DNA of 63,962 nucleotides from Neophaeotheca triangularis. Taxonomy: Eukaryota. The first letter of the stretch is position 1; every line of letters starts with the position of its first letter. Shown in pieces: positions 61,661-63,962 of the stretch. Under the pieces are notes generated by a model, which had not been told where the DNA came from, ran no database searches, and was given only the letters and a program-made list of their open reading frames with translations. The stretch spans positions 124,001-187,962 of the forward strand of contig BAAIJX010000044.1 in the NCBI GenBank assembly GCA_054600435.1, in the 5' to 3' direction. The position numbers and the translations under genes are program-made.

Positions 61661-62029
61661 CTACTTCCCCTGAGGCGGCGTGTAGCTACTGTACCCATCC
61701 CCAGAGTTATAGTACGTACTCCCACTCGGGTTGGAATAGTAGTAACTCCCATCGCTGTTGGAGTAATGGTAGCTATTGGAGTTGCTAGCGCCGCTGCCGT
61801 AGTCACGGGAGTCGTAGGAGTTGCCCTGCACGACTTTCAAGTCAGCAATCGACATACACAACTGGGCGCGGAAGTGGAAGAGCAGGGGGTGGGAGTCGGG
61901 ACAAAGGGGTTGGCATGGTGGCTTTTGAATGCTTACCTGTGAGTTGGTGCCGCTACTGGTGATGGTGTAGCTGCCGTTGCTGTTGCCGTTGCCGGAGTTG
62001 GAGTTGGAGTTGGAGGACTGGGAAGGCAT
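61661..62029 (-). CDS. Small Ser/Asn/Gly/Tyr-rich conserved fungal protein; in-frame intron 61826-61936
   Basis: YTITSSGTNSQ|GNSYDSRDYG...YHYSNSDGSYYYSNPSGSTYYN; canonical gtaagc...ctgac...cag intron. Confidence 0.8.
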   Translation of the reverse strand: MPSQSSNSNSNSGNGNSNGSYTITSSGTNSQVSIQKPPCQPLCPDSHPLLFHFRAQLCMSIADLKVVQGNSYDSRDYGSGASNSNSYHYSNSDGSYYYSNPSGSTYYNSGDGYSSYTPPQGK

Positions 62030-62664
62030 TATTGGGTTTTGGGGGTTTGGGGTTGGAGCTGGTGGTTGTGGTTGTGGTTTTGGTGTTGGTTGTTTGCGGT
62101 GTGGAGGTTTTGAAGGAGTCGGTATGGTTGGTGTGGTGGGTTACTGGTGTTATTGGGGTTTGCAGTCGATCGAAGCTGGAGTTGCTGGTGGTAAGAAGGA
62201 AGAAGGGCGCAGGCGTTGAATAGAGGGGGAGCTGCCTTTTAACTATTGCTCTTGCTTACCTATGGGAGTTGTGGATGCTTGAGAGGTTCATTAGGTAAGG
62301 GCTGGGGTGAAGACCGGACTTTGCAGGTCTTCACTGACTCTTCTTCTTTTCACTTTCACTTTCACTTTCATTTCTATTCATTTGTTAGGAGGCGATTTGC
62401 AAGCCATGGGTGAGACATGGTATGACAGTCGAAAGACGGACGACTACGATTGTACTATGAGTTGCTACACCCACCCCAGCTTTTCTAATGAATACCGTAG
62501 ATGTCTAAGTTAACATGATAAAACTAGGTCCTTAAATCCTCCATTCGCCGTTCTTGGAAACACCAAAGCATTGGCAGAGTTAGCAGCCGCCCGAACCCGC
62601 TGCAGCACCAGAGACACGGCAAGCGCAGACATCAGAGCGGCAAAGACAGCAGTCCTCACACCCC

Positions 62665-63372
62665 CTAAGCCTTCTTCACCTGAGACCGAGCGACCCTCTC
62701 TCTACCACGATCAAAGTAGATCCTCTTCAAGCTATCCACAAACTCCGTCGCCTGCAGCTGCTTCTCCGCACGAAGGGTAACATGCGCCCTCACCTCCCAA
62801 GGATGCGGCGAGCGACAATCGTGAAGAAGCTCGAAGTCGACCTCCAGCAGCTGCCGATGGCCTCCAAGCTTGCGCAAAGCCGTGAACAGACTCTTCAGCC
62901 CCTCTTCGTGGTTCTTCTTCCACGGGTCGCCGGGCCAAGTGCACCAGCTGCCGGGGAGGGTGATTTTGATCTTGCGTAGAGCGGGCAGGTTGACGGGGTG
63001 GATTGCTTTGAGCCAGGTTGTGAGCCGTTTGAGCGGAGCGCCTGTCCTGTCTAGGAAGTCCGGGGCGTAAAAGGGGACGATGAGCATGTGAATGAAGGTG
63101 TTGGCCGAGTAGTAGAGCCCGAGGCTTTCGTTGCGGATTTGGCGGCAGCTGAGTGTGAGGGGCGGTTGTTGGCGGTCGGCCGTCATTTTCTTGGAGTGCT
63201 TGGAGGGTTGGAATAGGGTTCTGTAGTTGATTCTTTGGCTGCGGGAGGGCTCATGGCCTTTGCGGTAGTCTTGGGAGTTGGTTACGTCGATGTCCGTGGG
63301 TGAGGTGACGGTGAGTTCCCAGATGATGTTGCGGATCTCCGGGGGGAGTTTGTTGAAGGGAGAGTTGTTCAT
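62665..63372 (-). CDS. F-box-like hypothetical protein (same family as 60584-61414)
   Basis: MNNSPFNKLPPEIRNIIWELTV...QPPLTLSCRQIRNESLGLYYSANTF. Confidence 0.75.
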   Translation of the reverse strand: MNNSPFNKLPPEIRNIIWELTVTSPTDIDVTNSQDYRKGHEPSRSQRINYRTLFQPSKHSKKMTADRQQPPLTLSCRQIRNESLGLYYSANTFIHMLIVPFYAPDFLDRTGAPLKRLTTWLKAIHPVNLPALRKIKITLPGSWCTWPGDPWKKNHEEGLKSLFTALRKLGGHRQLLEVDFELLHDCRSPHPWEVRAHVTLRAEKQLQATEFVDSLKRIYFDRGRERVARSQVKKA

Positions 63373-63962
63373 GGTTGGTGGGTTGGGGGGTTGAAGTCGG
63401 AGGAGGAGTGGTTGTTGGGGCTTTGTTGTCTGGAAGAGAGGAAAGAGGCAAGGAATATATCCTGTCGAGGTGTCGAGTGTGTTGTGTCGAAGGTGAGACA
63501 ACTCATTAGGTGCCAATCGCCACCGACGCTCGGCACGCATGGTGATAGGAGCGTTACGAGAGTGCAAGGCCTGTCAGGTGGGCTTTTGAGACGTAGGCGT
63601 GTTGCGCCACCGGTTCCACCAACCTCCCCGGCGTAAGTCTGCCCCCTCTCATCCACCAACACTGTTACGAATTTGCGAATACATATCGAGGACGTCGGCG
63701 AGTTCGGCGGGTACATCGACCATGAAAGGCGATAATCCCCTACCGGGACAAGTCCCCTGCCCCTATTCCAGCATGCTTCGAAAAGCTACCGGCGACATCT
63801 CTTCGCCTCCAGTGAACCCACTCCGCACTAGCATACCCATAGCGTAGTGCCGTGGCAGCGAACGAAAGCTGACACCCCCTACAAAGCTCCTAGAGACCTT
63901 GCCGGAGAGTCTCGAGACGTCACGCTCAATCCTAGCTAGAACTAGGTGGTCCGACCCCCCCC

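Overview
Fungal genomic DNA, probably a Dothideomycete of the Mycosphaerellaceae type (inferred from gene families and a CfT-1-like element). Bases 1 to ~41,900 are an AT-rich, RIP-mutated (CpA->TpA / TpG->TpA) nest of transposons. A Helitron-like Rep/PIF1-helicase element is interrupted by three full-length Ty3/Gypsy chromovirus copies of one family: A 1694-16467, B 3701-10954 nested inside A, and D 19511-26693 inverted. A second, unrelated 12.3-kb Ty3/Gypsy element (E, 28124-40391, minus strand) is also present, with its solo LTR (C, 13531-13885) inside A. Bases ~42,300 to 63,962 are ordinary gene-rich DNA: GNAT, FMO, carboxylesterase, PTH11-like protein, methyltransferase, DAP3/RSM23 and F-box-like genes. 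Manually reading through the RIP stops shows two accessory systems that the ORF track largely misses. (1) Element E carries a ~1026-codon extra gene in the env position, ending in a PhyH-like 2OG-Fe(II) dioxygenase domain. It is preceded by its own TATA box, a splice acceptor and an array of 25-27-bp palindromes that recur in the LTRs and inside pol. (2) All three A/B/D copies carry an antisense ~200-aa gene with a Zn2Cys6-type cluster, a coiled coil and an acidic tail, next to LTR U3 regions packed with CTGAGCA motifs. All de-RIP translations were done by eye, and no database searches were run.
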